Positions 1-10,292 are shown, numbered from the stretch's first letter. The stretch is 64,000 bases of DNA from Candidatus Moraniibacteriota bacterium (GCA_903859375.1 CAIOMK010000059.1:3438-67437); one strand, 5' to 3'. Translations and numbers: made by a program. The notes: a model not told the origin generated them from the letters alone.

Positions 1-1361
1 ATGTGTGCCCGACTGTTGAAATACACGAGTCTCCCCCGAAACGAATACATCAGCACGTCGTCATTTTCCTCGATCTCCTTTCCTTTCCCGTCCTCGGATT
101 CGGATTCGGATTCGGTCACGACTCCCGCGTCGGAACGGTTCGGTCGCATGTCATAGTGGCCGTGAGACATCTTGTCCACGGAGACAAGCAGGGACAGCAC
201 GACGCCGAGCAGGATGCCCGTTATCGGATCCTCGATAACCGTCACGACCGCGACTATCATCGAGATGAAGAAGATGGTTTTGTCGAAACGGAAAAATCGG
301 AAGAAGTGTTCCGCCTCGACCATCTGCACGGCGACGAATACGAGGATAGCCGCGATGACCGCCATCGGGATGAATTGGAAATATCGGAGCAGGAACAATG
401 ATATGACAGCGACCAGGAGTGAGTTGATGAAAGCGGATGTCTTGTGATTCGCGCCGGTCTTGACGTTGAGTGAGGTACGCGCCAAGGCGGCGGTCGCCGG
501 CATTCCGCCGAACAATCCGGAAACGACATTCGCCAAACCGAGACCGAGCATCTCCTTTCGTTCATCATGCCTCGTTTTCGTCATGCCGTCGGCGATCTTG
601 GCCGAGAGCATCGTCTCAAGTATCGCGATGAGTGCGATCACCAACGACGCCCGCAACAACGCCGCCGAATAAAAAAAGTGCGGCATCGCGAACAGATGGA
701 AATTCATCTCACCGTATTTCATACCGAGCGTCTCGAGTGGCAGTGCGATAGCATGCGTCTGACTGAGAAAACCAAGGTATATGCCGATCGGGGCAAGGAA
801 AATCGCGCCCGGAAGCTTCGGGACGAATCGCTTGAACAGGAAAAGACCGACAAGAAACGCCAGGAAAATGGCAAAGGCAGGCCAAGAAACGTCCGGGATA
901 TGACGGAATGACTCTATCAGGTTATCGGAAAATTTCTCATGGCTCGGAAGGCCTTTCAATCCGAGTGCGAAATTGAATTGATTGAGACCGATGATGAGCG
1001 CGACGCCCAACGTGAACCCGTGGATGACGCTCGACGGGACCAGGAGGAGATATCGCTCGAGTCGGAAAAAATAGGCCGCAAGGATAGCGATGCCGGCGGT
1101 GACCGCTAACATAGGAACACTGTCGACTCCCTGTGCGAAAACAAAGGTGGCGATGATTCCGGATAAGGCGCCTGTCGGTCCGACGATATTGAAATTACTC
1201 CCACCGAACATCGCCGCGACGAGTCCTGCCCAGACGGCGGTCACGATACCGACGAGCGGAGTGACGCCGGACGCGACGGCGAGGGACACGGACAAAGGAA
1301 TCGAGATGAGGGATACGGTCAATCCCGACTTGAGATTGTTTTTGATGTTTTCGATCGGCAT
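1..1361 (-). CDS. SulP-family anion permease with C-terminal STAS domain. The 3' end runs off the window; start ATG at 1361..1359.
   Basis: Manual minus-strand translation gives MPIENIKNNLKSGLTVSLISIPLSVSLAVASGV... with about 10 TM segments, then a soluble STAS-like tail. It is absent from the ORF track because no stop lies inside the window. All plus-strand ORFs in 3..1446 are antisense fragments of it. Confidence 0.75.
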   Translation of the reverse strand, partial: MPIENIKNNLKSGLTVSLISIPLSVSLAVASGVTPLVGIVTAVWAGLVAAMFGGSNFNIVGPTGALSGIIATFVFAQGVDSVPMLAVTAGIAILAAYFFRLERYLLLVPSSVIHGFTLGVALIIGLNQFNFALGLKGLPSHEKFSDNLIESFRHIPDVSWPAFAIFLAFLVGLFLFKRFVPKLPGAIFLAPIGIYLGFLSQTHAIALPLETLGMKYGEMNFHLFAMPHFFYSAALLRASLVIALIAILETMLSAKIADGMTKTRHDERKEMLGLGLANVVSGLFGGMPATAALARTSLNVKTGANHKTSAFINSLLVAVISLFLLRYFQFIPMAVIAAILVFVAVQMVEAEHFFRFFRFDKTIFFISMIVAVVTVIEDPITGILLGVVLSLLVSVDKMSHGHYDMRPNRSDAGVVTESESESEDGKGKEIEENDDVLMYSFRGRLVYFNSRAH

Positions 1362-1916
1362 AGGGCGTGTCGCTATAAATATATTTTGCAAGAAAGGCTT
1401 AGAATGGCCGTATATGATGAAACAGGAAAAAACTTTTCAAAAATAAAAAGACCCCTGACACGGAAATCATCCGACGAGATGATCGATCCGGTCCAAGATG
1501 GTCCTTTCTTCGCTCCATCAAACGACACCACCTTTTTTTCACGCGGAAGTATGACATGTTCCAGGATACCACAAGCATGAAACGGGGTAAAGAAGCTTTA
1601 CATACGGCTCAGACGACCCGACACACGTCATAATTCCTGCCACCATGCATTCTCGGGAGAAAACTCGGGAGAAAAAATTCGACTCAATAACGATTCCCGG
1701 TTTTTCGCCAAAAACACGATGAAACAAGTCGACGTAGCTCAGTCCTCGAGAAGACTGGCAGATCCGCAATCCACAACGCAGAAAAGCATTCGTACACATA
1801 CCGTCGAAGGTTTCGATATGAAAAACCATACGAAGGGAGAACGGTGCGTCGTTCCCCTCTTTTTTCCTTTACATGACACGATTCCCGTGTTAGGCTTGAA
1901 ATGATATTTTCTCCAT

Positions 1917-2447
1917 ATGGAAGGATTGATTTCGCCATCTTCCGCCATTTTGCTCTCACTTGGTGCCGCAGTCCTCGGATTATTCGGATTCGTCGTCTCG
2001 GTAGTGCTTCTTTTGCGCTTGCAAAAGCTCAGAAAAGACCTTTCCGCAGTCTTTGCCGGCAAGACCGGCACTGACCTCGAGGAGGTCATCTTGAAGCAAC
2101 GTGAGGGACTCAAGTCGCTCGATGAGGAAATACGCAAGCTTTATGGCATAGCCGAACAGCTGTATCGGCTTGGGAACGAGAGTATTCACAAAACGGAACT
2201 TCTACGGTTCAACCCGTTCAAGGAGGTGGGTGGAAACCAAAGTTTCGCCCTCGCGCTTCTCAATGGGAAAAACACCGGCTTCGTGATCTCGTCGATCCAT
2301 ACGCGTGAAGGGACACGCGTCTACGCCAAACCGATCGAGGCCGGCGCCGAAGTCAAAGAGTACCCTCTTTCGGAAGAGGAGAAACACGTGGTCGGCACCG
2401 CCGTACGGAAACAATCCACCGCGTTCACCCGCAAAGAGACGGAATAA
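1917..2447 (+). CDS. DUF4446-like small membrane-anchored protein
   Basis: N-terminal TM helix, coiled-coil KLRKDL...EEIRKLYG segment, and a conserved FALALLNGKNTGFVISSIHTREGTRVYAKP motif typical of DUF4446. Confidence 0.55.
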   Translation: MEGLISPSSAILLSLGAAVLGLFGFVVSVVLLLRLQKLRKDLSAVFAGKTGTDLEEVILKQREGLKSLDEEIRKLYGIAEQLYRLGNESIHKTELLRFNPFKEVGGNQSFALALLNGKNTGFVISSIHTREGTRVYAKPIEAGAEVKEYPLSEEEKHVVGTAVRKQSTAFTRKETE

Positions 2448-2465
2448 CGATCTAAGAACATACTC

Positions 2466-4238
2466 ATGGAAGAGCCCATAAAAGATGAAACCCCTCCGCA
2501 AAAGGTTTCTATCACGACAACTATCACGGTCAAAGAATTCTCCGAGCGTCTGGATTTGCCGGTCGGACGTGTCATCATGGAACTCATGAAGAACGGAATC
2601 CTCGCGACCATAAACGAGGAAATCGACTACGAGACGGCGAGTGTCATCGCTTCCGATCTCGGTTTTGAGGCTGTGCCGGCCGAGGAAACGGGCTCAGGAG
2701 ACAAACCGCTCGATCTCGAGGGACTCTTGACACTCTGTGTCAAAGAAAAGGATTCCGATCGCAAGCTCCCGGCGCGGGCACCGATCGTCACCATTTTGGG
2801 ACATGTCGACCACGGCAAGACAACCCTACTCGATACGCTCCGCAAGGCGAGCGTCGCCTCCAGCGAGGCCGGTGGCATCACCCAGCATCTCGGCACCTAT
2901 CAGGTCCGCAAGCGTGGCAAACTCATCACCTTCATCGACACGCCGGGACACGAGGCGTTCTCCGCGATGCGCAAACGAGGTGTCTCGATCGCAGACATCG
3001 CCATCCTGGTCGTCGCGGCGGATGACGGCATCCAGAAACAGACCAAGGAAGTCATTTCATACCTCAAAGAACGCGGCCTCCCGGTCATTGTCGCCATCAA
3101 CAAGATTGACAAACCCGAAGCGAACATCATCCGGGTGAAGCAGGAACTCGCCGAAAACGATATCCTCATCGAGGAATACGGAGGTAAGATCCTCTCCGCA
3201 GAAATCAGCGCCAAACAGAACATCGGCATCGATTCGCTGCTCGAAAATATCATCCTCCTCACCGACGTGGAGGAATTCGTGGCCGATCCGAAGCGCGACG
3301 GACTCGCCGTCGTCCTCGAATCACACCTCGACAAACAGAAAGGCCCAGTCGCGACGGTACTCGTCCGCACCGGGACACTCAAGGTGGGACAGGATGTCAT
3401 TGCCGGGTCCGCATTCGGACGCATCCGTCGTATGGAAGACTACACCGGGAAAAGTCTGGAGACGGCGTCACCGTCCACTCCGGCCATTATTTACGGTTTT
3501 CATGATGCGCCTCAGACGAACGACGTCGTACAGGTCGCGAGCGGCAAATCTTCCGCACGGGCCCGTTCCCAGGCGGTCGTCACAGCCAAGGGATTCAAAG
3601 CGAAGTCCGAGGGTGAGGACGAGCGAAAGAAACTTTCCTATATTCTCAAGGCTGACGTGCAGGGGTCTCTCGAGGCCATCGGTCAGATTCTCGGAGCCAT
3701 CGGATCCGACGAAGTCGCATTGGAAGAGATCTCATCCGATGTCGGCGCCGTCACGGAGTCCGATGTGAAGATGGCAGCCGGATCAAGCGCAGTCATTTTC
3801 GCTTTCAACGTGGAACCGACACCGGTCGCGAAACGCCTCGCCGAAAAACACGGCGTCTCCATAGAGACCTTCAATATTATCTACAAGCTGGTCGACAAGG
3901 CGAAGGAACGGCTTGCCGATCTTCTTCCTCCCGAAACGGTCCGAACCGACCTCGGCATACTGTCGGTACTTGCCGTTTTCAAGACAGGCAAACGTGACCA
4001 GATCGTCGGCGGACGCGTAAGCGAAGGCAAGATACTCAGGAATTCACTGATTGAAATCCGTCGTGACGGCGAACTGATCGGCCAAGGCAGGCTCCTCAAT
4101 CTTCAACAGAACAAACAGAACGTCGACGAGGTCGGCCACGGCAACGAATGTGGACTCGTATTCGAAGGCGGAGAAAAAGTACAGGCGGGCGACTCGCTCA
4201 CCTGCTACAAGGAAGAGACACGCCGTCGGACGCTCTAA
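2466..4238 (+). CDS. infB: Translation initiation factor IF-2, short form lacking the long N-terminal region
   Basis: GTPase G1 [12 protein letters not shown] and DTPGHEAF motifs, followed by IF2 domains II-IV to the C-terminus. Confidence 0.95.
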   Translation: MEEPIKDETPPQKVSITTTITVKEFSERLDLPVGRVIMELMKNGILATINEEIDYETASVIASDLGFEAVPAEETGSGDKPLDLEGLLTLCVKEKDSDRKLPARAPIVTILGHVDHGKTTLLDTLRKASVASSEAGGITQHLGTYQVRKRGKLITFIDTPGHEAFSAMRKRGVSIADIAILVVAADDGIQKQTKEVISYLKERGLPVIVAINKIDKPEANIIRVKQELAENDILIEEYGGKILSAEISAKQNIGIDSLLENIILLTDVEEFVADPKRDGLAVVLESHLDKQKGPVATVLVRTGTLKVGQDVIAGSAFGRIRRMEDYTGKSLETASPSTPAIIYGFHDAPQTNDVVQVASGKSSARARSQAVVTAKGFKAKSEGEDERKKLSYILKADVQGSLEAIGQILGAIGSDEVALEEISSDVGAVTESDVKMAAGSSAVIFAFNVEPTPVAKRLAEKHGVSIETFNIIYKLVDKAKERLADLLPPETVRTDLGILSVLAVFKTGKRDQIVGGRVSEGKILRNSLIEIRRDGELIGQGRLLNLQQNKQNVDEVGHGNECGLVFEGGEKVQAGDSLTCYKEETRRRTL

Positions 4239-4347
4239 CCGTTTTCGGACTGCAACGAAGGCAGTTTGGTTCATCGGTCATCATTGTTCCCGGTCACAGA
4301 TCACCCGTTCCCAACAGAGTATTATCTGCCGCCTGTTTTTCTTTCCT

Positions 4348-5871
4348 ATGGACTATTCCGTCATCCCCTCACCCGTTCTCTCCGTGCTCGATGAGCTGAA
4401 GAAACGGAACTATCAGGGACATATCGTCGGTGGTTGCGTGCGGGATATATTTCTCGGACGCGAACCGAAAGATTGGGATGTCACCACGAATGCCAAACCG
4501 GAAGAGGTGTTGGCGATTTTTCCTGACAGCTTCTATGAGAACGATTTCGGGACGGTAGGCGTCAAAGTCGCCCCATTTCACAAAGATGGCCGGCTGGATC
4601 GGGAACACGATGTCATCGAAATCACCACCTATCGGACGGAGTCGGCATATTCCGATCGGAGACGACCGGACCAGGTCTCTTTCGTGATGTCTCTTCCCGA
4701 AGATCTCTCACGCCGGGACTTCACGATGAATGCCATCGCCCTCGAAGTCAGGGAGTCGGATCCGTCGGCGGAAGAAATCAGTCGGGTGGTCGATATCATC
4801 GATCCGTTTCACGGCCAAGAGGATATCCGGCAGAAACTCATCCGGACGGTCGGAAATCCGGAGCAACGATTCGGCGAGGATGCGCTCCGCATGATGCGCG
4901 CGGTCAGACTCTATGCCGAACTTCGCGATGCGAATGACGAAACGCCCTCCAACTGGAAGATAGACGAACCGACCATCGAGGCCGCGCAGAAACACGCCGG
5001 ACTGCTCGCGCATGTCTCCCGTGAACGTGTACGCGACGAATTTTCACGTATCATCCTCTCGCACAGCCCGTCGGAGGGAGTGGAGCTTCTTCGGACGACC
5101 AGACTGCTCGAGGAAATTATTCCGGAGCTCGTCCAAGGGGTCGGCATCGGACAAAACCTGCATCACACCTACACCGTCTACGAGCACAATCTCAGCGCCC
5201 TCAAACATTGCCCTTCACGAAGTCTGGAAGTCCGGCTCGCATCGCTCCTGCACGATATCGGCAAGCCGAAAAGCAAACGGGGTGACGGATACCGTTCGAC
5301 GTTCTACAATCATGACCACATCGGGGCCCGCATGACCAAAGACATTCTTCATCGTCTCCGTTATCCACTTTCGGTCATAGCCAAGGCCACCCTTCTCGTG
5401 GACAATCATCTTTTTTATTACAATGTCGGCGAGGTGACCGAAGCGTCGGTACGTCGACTTATCCGAAGGGTCGGACTCGAAAACATGAAAGACCTCATGG
5501 ACGTCCGCATCGCCGACCGACTCGGTTCAGGCGTTCCGAAAGCGAAGCCCTACAAGCTCCGCCACCTCGAGTATATGATCGAAAAGGTGTCCAAGGACCC
5601 TGTCTCGGTGAAAATGCTCGCCATAAACGGCACAAGCCTCATGAGCGACCTTGGCATGGCACCGGGACCGAAGATCGGAGCCATACTCGACGTACTTCTT
5701 TCCGAGGTGATCGAAGACCCTTCCCAAAACAGCAAAGAGACGTTGCTCGCCCGCGCGCAAGTCCTTTCCCAAGAGGATCTTGCGACGCTCCGTGACAAAG
5801 CCAAGGAAGTCATCGAGGAGAAGAGGGCTGATGACGACCACGGAATCAAGAACAGACACAAGGTGGCGTAG
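4348..5871 (+). CDS. cca: CCA-adding tRNA nucleotidyltransferase with HD domain. The ORF-track start at 4150 is rejected; the true start is the ATG at 4348.
   Basis: Pol-beta nucleotidyltransferase motif GGCVRDIFLGREPKDWDV and HD motif LLHDIGK. The upstream 66 codons overlap the infB 3' end and are low complexity. Confidence 0.85.
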   Translation: MDYSVIPSPVLSVLDELKKRNYQGHIVGGCVRDIFLGREPKDWDVTTNAKPEEVLAIFPDSFYENDFGTVGVKVAPFHKDGRLDREHDVIEITTYRTESAYSDRRRPDQVSFVMSLPEDLSRRDFTMNAIALEVRESDPSAEEISRVVDIIDPFHGQEDIRQKLIRTVGNPEQRFGEDALRMMRAVRLYAELRDANDETPSNWKIDEPTIEAAQKHAGLLAHVSRERVRDEFSRIILSHSPSEGVELLRTTRLLEEIIPELVQGVGIGQNLHHTYTVYEHNLSALKHCPSRSLEVRLASLLHDIGKPKSKRGDGYRSTFYNHDHIGARMTKDILHRLRYPLSVIAKATLLVDNHLFYYNVGEVTEASVRRLIRRVGLENMKDLMDVRIADRLGSGVPKAKPYKLRHLEYMIEKVSKDPVSVKMLAINGTSLMSDLGMAPGPKIGAILDVLLSEVIEDPSQNSKETLLARAQVLSQEDLATLRDKAKEVIEEKRADDDHGIKNRHKVA

Positions 5872-5941
5872 GAATACGAGTCGAAAGTATCAAGTCCAAA
5901 GTCTATACGCCTATGACCCGTCGCGGTTAGGCTGTATAAAC

Positions 5942-5969
5942 TTTACACTTTTCGATAACCTGTTAGAAT
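5942..5969 (+). promoter_or_regulatory. Sigma70-type promoter for tRNA-Pro (TTTACA-N16-TAGAAT)
   Basis: -35 TTTACA at 5942-5947 and -10 TAGAAT at 5964-5969, about 45 nt upstream of the mature tRNA 5' end. Confidence 0.4.
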
Positions 5970-6016
5970 GGGACCTGTTATCGAAAAGGACGGTTTTACG
6001 CTCAAAAAAGGCACAT

Positions 6017-6089
6017 CGGAGTGTGGTATAGTGGTATTACGCACGATTCGGGTTCGTGTAATCCGGGTTCGATTCCCGGCACTCCGACA
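6017..6089 (+). tRNA. tRNA-Pro, anticodon CGG
   Basis: Acceptor stem CGGAGTG/CACTCCG. Anticodon stem CACGA/TCGTG with loop UUCGGGU (anticodon CGG, G37). T-arm CCGGG-TTCGATT-CCCGG. Discriminator A, no encoded CCA. Confidence 0.8.
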
Positions 6090-6249
6090 AAACAAGACTT
6101 GAAAAATGCGCAGGGTTACGGGTTTGCGAAGCATCCGGCGCATGCTGGACGATTCCCGGCACTCCGACAAAACAAGACTTGAAAAATGCGCAGGGTGACG
6201 GGTTTGCGAAGCATCCGGCGCATGCTGGACGATTCCCGGCACTCCGACA
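6071..6249 (+). repeat. Tandem direct repeat, 80-bp unit, 2.2 copies. Each copy starts with the last 19 nt of tRNA-Pro (GATTCCCGGCACTCCGACA).
   Basis: Units at 6071-6150 and 6151-6230 differ by 1 nt, with a partial third copy at 6231-6249. The first copy is the genuine tRNA 3' end. Each unit contains an internal ATGCGC...GCGCAT inverted repeat. Confidence 0.85.
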
Positions 6250-6272
6250 TATTTTGACGGTCACAAACAATT

Positions 6273-6587
6273 ATGAAAATAACCGTACACACGCTTTCAG
6301 CTGATCCCGTGACCGTATTGCGTCGCCTCGGGTATGCCTTCCAAAGGAAAGAAGGTGCCGAGATGAGTTTCATCAGACCGCTTGCGCAAGCTGGGTTTCC
6401 CCGATTCCATTGCTACGCAAAAGTGGAAGGATTCGGTCTGATCATCAGCTTTCATCTCGATCAGAAGAAAGAGACATACGGAGACACGACACGACATCAT
6501 GGAGAATATGAAGCCGAGGGCCCGCTCAAGGAAGAAGCTGACAGGCTGATCGGCCTCCTCGGTCCGAGCGCCCGCATCACAGGCTGA
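6273..6587 (+). CDS. Hypothetical 104-aa protein between the two tRNAs
   Basis: Complete ORF. No recognisable SD and no recognisable domain. Confidence 0.3.
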   Translation: MKITVHTLSADPVTVLRRLGYAFQRKEGAEMSFIRPLAQAGFPRFHCYAKVEGFGLIISFHLDQKKETYGDTTRHHGEYEAEGPLKEEADRLIGLLGPSARITG

Positions 6588-6603
6588 TGGTATCGGTTTA
6601 TCT

Positions 6604-6690
6604 GCCGAAGTGGCGAAATTGGTAGACGCACCAGGTTTAGGGCCTGGCAGGAGCAATCCTATGGGAGTTCGATTCTCCCCTTCGGCACCA
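6604..6690 (+). tRNA. tRNA-Leu, anticodon TAG, long variable arm, CCA encoded
   Basis: Acceptor GCCGAAG/CTTCGGC. Anticodon stem CCAGG/CCTGG with loop UUUAGGG. Long variable arm. T-arm GGAG-TTCGATT-CTCC. Terminal ACCA. Confidence 0.85.
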
Positions 6691-6700
6691 AAGCATGTAT

Positions 6701-6736
6701 AAAAAAACACCACGATCACTCGTGGTGTTTTTTTCT
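6701..6736. terminator. Bidirectional rho-independent terminator between tRNA-Leu and the convergent surface-protein gene
   Basis: Stem ACACCACGA/TCGTGGTGT flanked by an A-run and a T-run. Confidence 0.6.
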
Positions 6737-6751
6737 TTCTCGATAAGTCAC

Positions 6752-9550
6752 TTATTCACGCCGAACGGATTCCGATGCCGTTTCCGGTATGAGGGAGAAC
6801 AGAAATCCGACCGTAAAGAGGAGCAGTCCTCCAGAAAGGAACATACGGAATGCGAACGATACGACCGGCGGTACATACCCCGACAAGGCGGCGTAGAATT
6901 TTTTCGTTCCCGAGTCCGCCGATACCAATGGCCGCACATTCGTCACTTGAACGGATTTGCCTATGGTAATTTCAGCTGTCTGCAACGAGTTTATTCCCCA
7001 GATGTTTCTCAGGGCACTTCTTTTCTCGACCGGCTGTGTCAGCGTGGCCGACAACGCTATGTTGGTCACGTCTCCGACCGCATCCCCTTCGGGAGTGATG
7101 TAATCGATACCGATATAATCGGTTCCGTTGATGTTCCACATCGTTTCGCTCTGGGGAACATCGTTCACCACCCATTGTCGCGTCGAAATCCGTTCCGCGA
7201 AAGTCGGCACGAACCGTGCCCGCAAGTCGATCGGGTTTCCGGGATATTTCTCGAAATAGTTTTCACTGAGATCATCATGTGTCGTCCCGTTGAGATCGAC
7301 ATACTGGCCGACGACACGAGGCCAGAGAGATGACGAGTCGGCCGTTTCCAACACGATGTCCGGAGTCACGATATTGAACATGCGGGTGAGGGTGACCACG
7401 TTTCCGGTCTTGATATCAACCGCATCGAGCTTCACTTTGATGGTCGTCCCAGGCTCTCCCGTCACCGCGATGAAGACTTCCGTCCCGCCCGCACACGCGG
7501 AGTCCGACGATACAAGCGAATTGCAGGGAAGATTTTTCCCATCGACCTTCCAACTGAAATCCGACAATCCGGAGTCGGAACTCAGTTTCAATCCGATAAT
7601 CTCGTTCTTCATGACCCGGCACGAGATACGGTCAAGATTCGTCATGGCATCCTGCGCGGTCTTCGGATCTGCGACATACGTGCTACAGATCTGGCTTCCG
7701 AGAAAGACATTCGAACCCGTATCCGTATCGGCTGCGTTAGCCGTGTACGCAAGAATCTTCTTGTCAGAATTGGAAACCTTGACGACCACGTCGCTTTTCC
7801 CGGTCCGACTGCCACGTGAATTGAAATTCTCAGTAGCAGTGGAAGTGAGTCGCAGGTAGAGAGGGTCCGCCGTTGAAAACCCGCCGAGGACGTCGGCACC
7901 CATGTTGAGCGGGATCGAGATAGTTTTCAGGTCGATGCCCTTGTTGATAGGAAGGAGTCCCTTGCTCTTCAGATCGGCCGTGATATTCCTTGCACCGCTC
8001 ATGCCTATGCTATTGCTCGCTTCCACTTTCCATTCGTATGTGACTTCGGCGTCGGTTTTCCCTGAGTTCGTAATGGACGCGACGGCTGTGAGGGTATCGC
8101 CAGCCTTCTCTCCGGACCGGTCATTGGTCGGATTGTCCGGCGTGGCCGACACGTCGAGTTCTATCTTCTTCGAATTTGCCTGACCGGTATCAAGTGGGTC
8201 GATAAGGTTCGTATATATACCGTTTTTCGTTCCTTCCATGCATCTGTTAAAATCATTCCGCCCCATTCCGGTGGTAGGAAAGTTTACGGAATATCCCTTG
8301 ATCGTCGTATTGTAGCTCCCTTTATTCACGACATCACACCCGTCTCCGGAAAATGCCCACATGACCATCATCGATGAATCGGGGTGCTGCGTATTCACCA
8401 TAGATGTCCCTTCCACGATGAGACCGAGAAGATCGCCGGTCTGATACGTCCACGTGAAGGTATCGAGCCCGAGCCCGACGACATTCGCCTCGTCCTTGCT
8501 ACCGTTGTCGGCAGTATCCGCATCGGCCGGATTCGTCCCCCAGAATCTTTCTTCATCAGCAGTGAACCTCCCATCACCGGTCGTCGCGCCGGTCGCATTC
8601 GGAAAAAGATGTATACAGCTGTCTCCGCCAGGAGACGCACTTGCCGAACAAGTCATGTTGTTCTCCACCACCGGATCATACGCGTAGTTCGGTGTCGCCA
8701 ACAGGGTTATCGGGTCGATGGCATCCGGATAGATCCGACGCTGTACCGTATCCGTCAACTGAAAAGTATTCCCCGCAGCCGGGTTGACACAACGTGGCGA
8801 TTCCAAATCCGGACAAGTGACCGAACCCGAGTCACCGCAGATCGGATCCCCATTGACCTTGTACGTGCCGGTTGAGGCGATTTCCCCACCTGTGCTCATG
8901 ACTTCCTTGATACATTTTGCGGCATAGCCACCCGTACCGCATGCAAAAGACGCGGACAGGGACGATGTCGGGCCGAGTTCATAAAACACGCCGGTTGAGA
9001 CATCTTTGACATAACACCACGACTTGTCGATATTCGTCTTGTCCGATCCTCCGAAGACGTTCCGCACATCATACCCATCGTCGTCATCCGGGCCCGGCAG
9101 GAAGAGGGCCGTGTCCGCCCCATCATTCGCTATGATCTTCATAGCCTCGGTCTTCCAATCTTCCGCGCTGTCCGAGGCATCTTTCCTCTTGAGAAACCAG
9201 GTATAGAACAGTTTGTCGTTGGAATTCGAAAAGTAAAGAGGGAAGGCCTTGGCGGTAATCTTCTGACCTTCCTTCGGATCTGTCGGACTGAAGGAAAGAG
9301 TCGTCCCGGGAGCGTATTTTTTCGTATCGGAAACATTGAAACTATGACCGAAATTCTGAATGGAACTCTTGTCAATATTGAGCGCACTCAGGGTATTGTC
9401 GATCATCGTTCCCTGTATGCCCGAGCTGATACCCCCCAGAGAAATACCCAAAAGCGCGTGCGCATCCCACACAGGGATGGATTGTCCGAGAAGTATGACC
9501 GCGACAAGCAAGACGGAGAACGCTCTCTTCATGAAGGAATTTTTTTTCAT
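6752..9550 (-). CDS. Large (932 aa) secreted surface protein with N-terminal signal peptide and C-terminal TM anchor. Putative adhesin of the T4SS-like island.
   Basis: N-terminal MKKNSFMKRAFSVLLVAVILLG signal sequence. Long T/S/G/D/N-rich beta-type sequence. C-terminal hydrophobic helix GGLLLFTVGFLFSLI followed by PETASESVRRE. Confidence 0.8.
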   Translation of the reverse strand: MKKNSFMKRAFSVLLVAVILLGQSIPVWDAHALLGISLGGISSGIQGTMIDNTLSALNIDKSSIQNFGHSFNVSDTKKYAPGTTLSFSPTDPKEGQKITAKAFPLYFSNSNDKLFYTWFLKRKDASDSAEDWKTEAMKIIANDGADTALFLPGPDDDDGYDVRNVFGGSDKTNIDKSWCYVKDVSTGVFYELGPTSSLSASFACGTGGYAAKCIKEVMSTGGEIASTGTYKVNGDPICGDSGSVTCPDLESPRCVNPAAGNTFQLTDTVQRRIYPDAIDPITLLATPNYAYDPVVENNMTCSASASPGGDSCIHLFPNATGATTGDGRFTADEERFWGTNPADADTADNGSKDEANVVGLGLDTFTWTYQTGDLLGLIVEGTSMVNTQHPDSSMMVMWAFSGDGCDVVNKGSYNTTIKGYSVNFPTTGMGRNDFNRCMEGTKNGIYTNLIDPLDTGQANSKKIELDVSATPDNPTNDRSGEKAGDTLTAVASITNSGKTDAEVTYEWKVEASNSIGMSGARNITADLKSKGLLPINKGIDLKTISIPLNMGADVLGGFSTADPLYLRLTSTATENFNSRGSRTGKSDVVVKVSNSDKKILAYTANAADTDTGSNVFLGSQICSTYVADPKTAQDAMTNLDRISCRVMKNEIIGLKLSSDSGLSDFSWKVDGKNLPCNSLVSSDSACAGGTEVFIAVTGEPGTTIKVKLDAVDIKTGNVVTLTRMFNIVTPDIVLETADSSSLWPRVVGQYVDLNGTTHDDLSENYFEKYPGNPIDLRARFVPTFAERISTRQWVVNDVPQSETMWNINGTDYIGIDYITPEGDAVGDVTNIALSATLTQPVEKRSALRNIWGINSLQTAEITIGKSVQVTNVRPLVSADSGTKKFYAALSGYVPPVVSFAFRMFLSGGLLLFTVGFLFSLIPETASESVRRE

Positions 9551-9563
9551 AGCGTTTTCCGGG

Positions 9564-10229
9564 TTATCGGATGATAAGGATAAGGACGTCGGACAAAAAT
9601 AATATAAGCCATGCCGACAACCACGAATAGGGAACCGATCGGGTATAGAACGCCACGAATCCAGAACCGAGTGACGCGAGTATCAGCGGGGCATCCTGCC
9701 AGGAAAAACCGACGCCGGAAGCTATCAGGAAAAGAGCAAAGAGTGCGGATTGGAAAAATACAGCCCAGATACCGGCTTTCCGAAGCCACAAGATGAGAAC
9801 GAATCCACGAAAGAACACCTCGTACAGGAAGGCTAACGCTCCAATCAGGATAATCTCGTACAAGAGGAAAAATGGAAACGAATCATGGATGATGGCAGGC
9901 AGATAGTATGACTCCGAAACCGGATAGGTTCGAAGAAGAACGTACCACACCAGAATAATCGGGATGACGACAGCCAAAACGGCGATAATCCCGAACCGGT
10001 GTTTACTTCCCTGAAAACCGAGAACCGACAGTGGCTCATGAAGTATGAGCTTCACAAAAAGAATCGGAAGAACAACGAAAAAAACCGTGCTCAGGAGGAT
10101 GGACTGCACAGTCACATCCAATCTCGACTCGGCTGGAAAAAGCACATATACGGCGAGTGTTCCGAATACAAGAATTGCGATCTGAAAAGATCGTTTCCAT
10201 TTGGAAAGAAGAGGCAGGAAAAAATTCAT
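9564..10229 (-). CDS. CPBP (CAAX/Abi) family intramembrane protease-like protein
   Basis: Polytopic membrane protein with YEVFFRGFV resembling CPBP motif 1 (EExxxR). Confidence 0.55.
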   Translation of the reverse strand: MNFFLPLLSKWKRSFQIAILVFGTLAVYVLFPAESRLDVTVQSILLSTVFFVVLPILFVKLILHEPLSVLGFQGSKHRFGIIAVLAVVIPIILVWYVLLRTYPVSESYYLPAIIHDSFPFFLLYEIILIGALAFLYEVFFRGFVLILWLRKAGIWAVFFQSALFALFLIASGVGFSWQDAPLILASLGSGFVAFYTRSVPYSWLSAWLILFLSDVLILIIR

Positions 10230-10292
10230 ATGTTTATTTCAGTATACCAATTTTTCTTTCTTTTTTGAAGACGACCACCGATTCATGTCGCA

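Noticed and set aside
3-1446. Plus-strand ORFs 3..401, 172..447, 460..672, 567..911 and 1090..1446
   Set aside because: They are antisense to the continuous SulP permease frame. They have low-complexity Arg/His-rich translations and no RBS.
2466-4238. IF-2 as a truncated pseudogene
   Set aside because: A 590-aa short-form IF-2 with intact G domain and C-terminal domains is common in small genomes. There is no frameshift or internal stop.
5943-6373. Minus-strand ORFs 5943..6242, 6037..6270 and 6116..6373
   Set aside because: They overlap tRNA-Pro and are generated by the 80-bp tandem repeat. They are three near-identical repeated peptides and are not coding.
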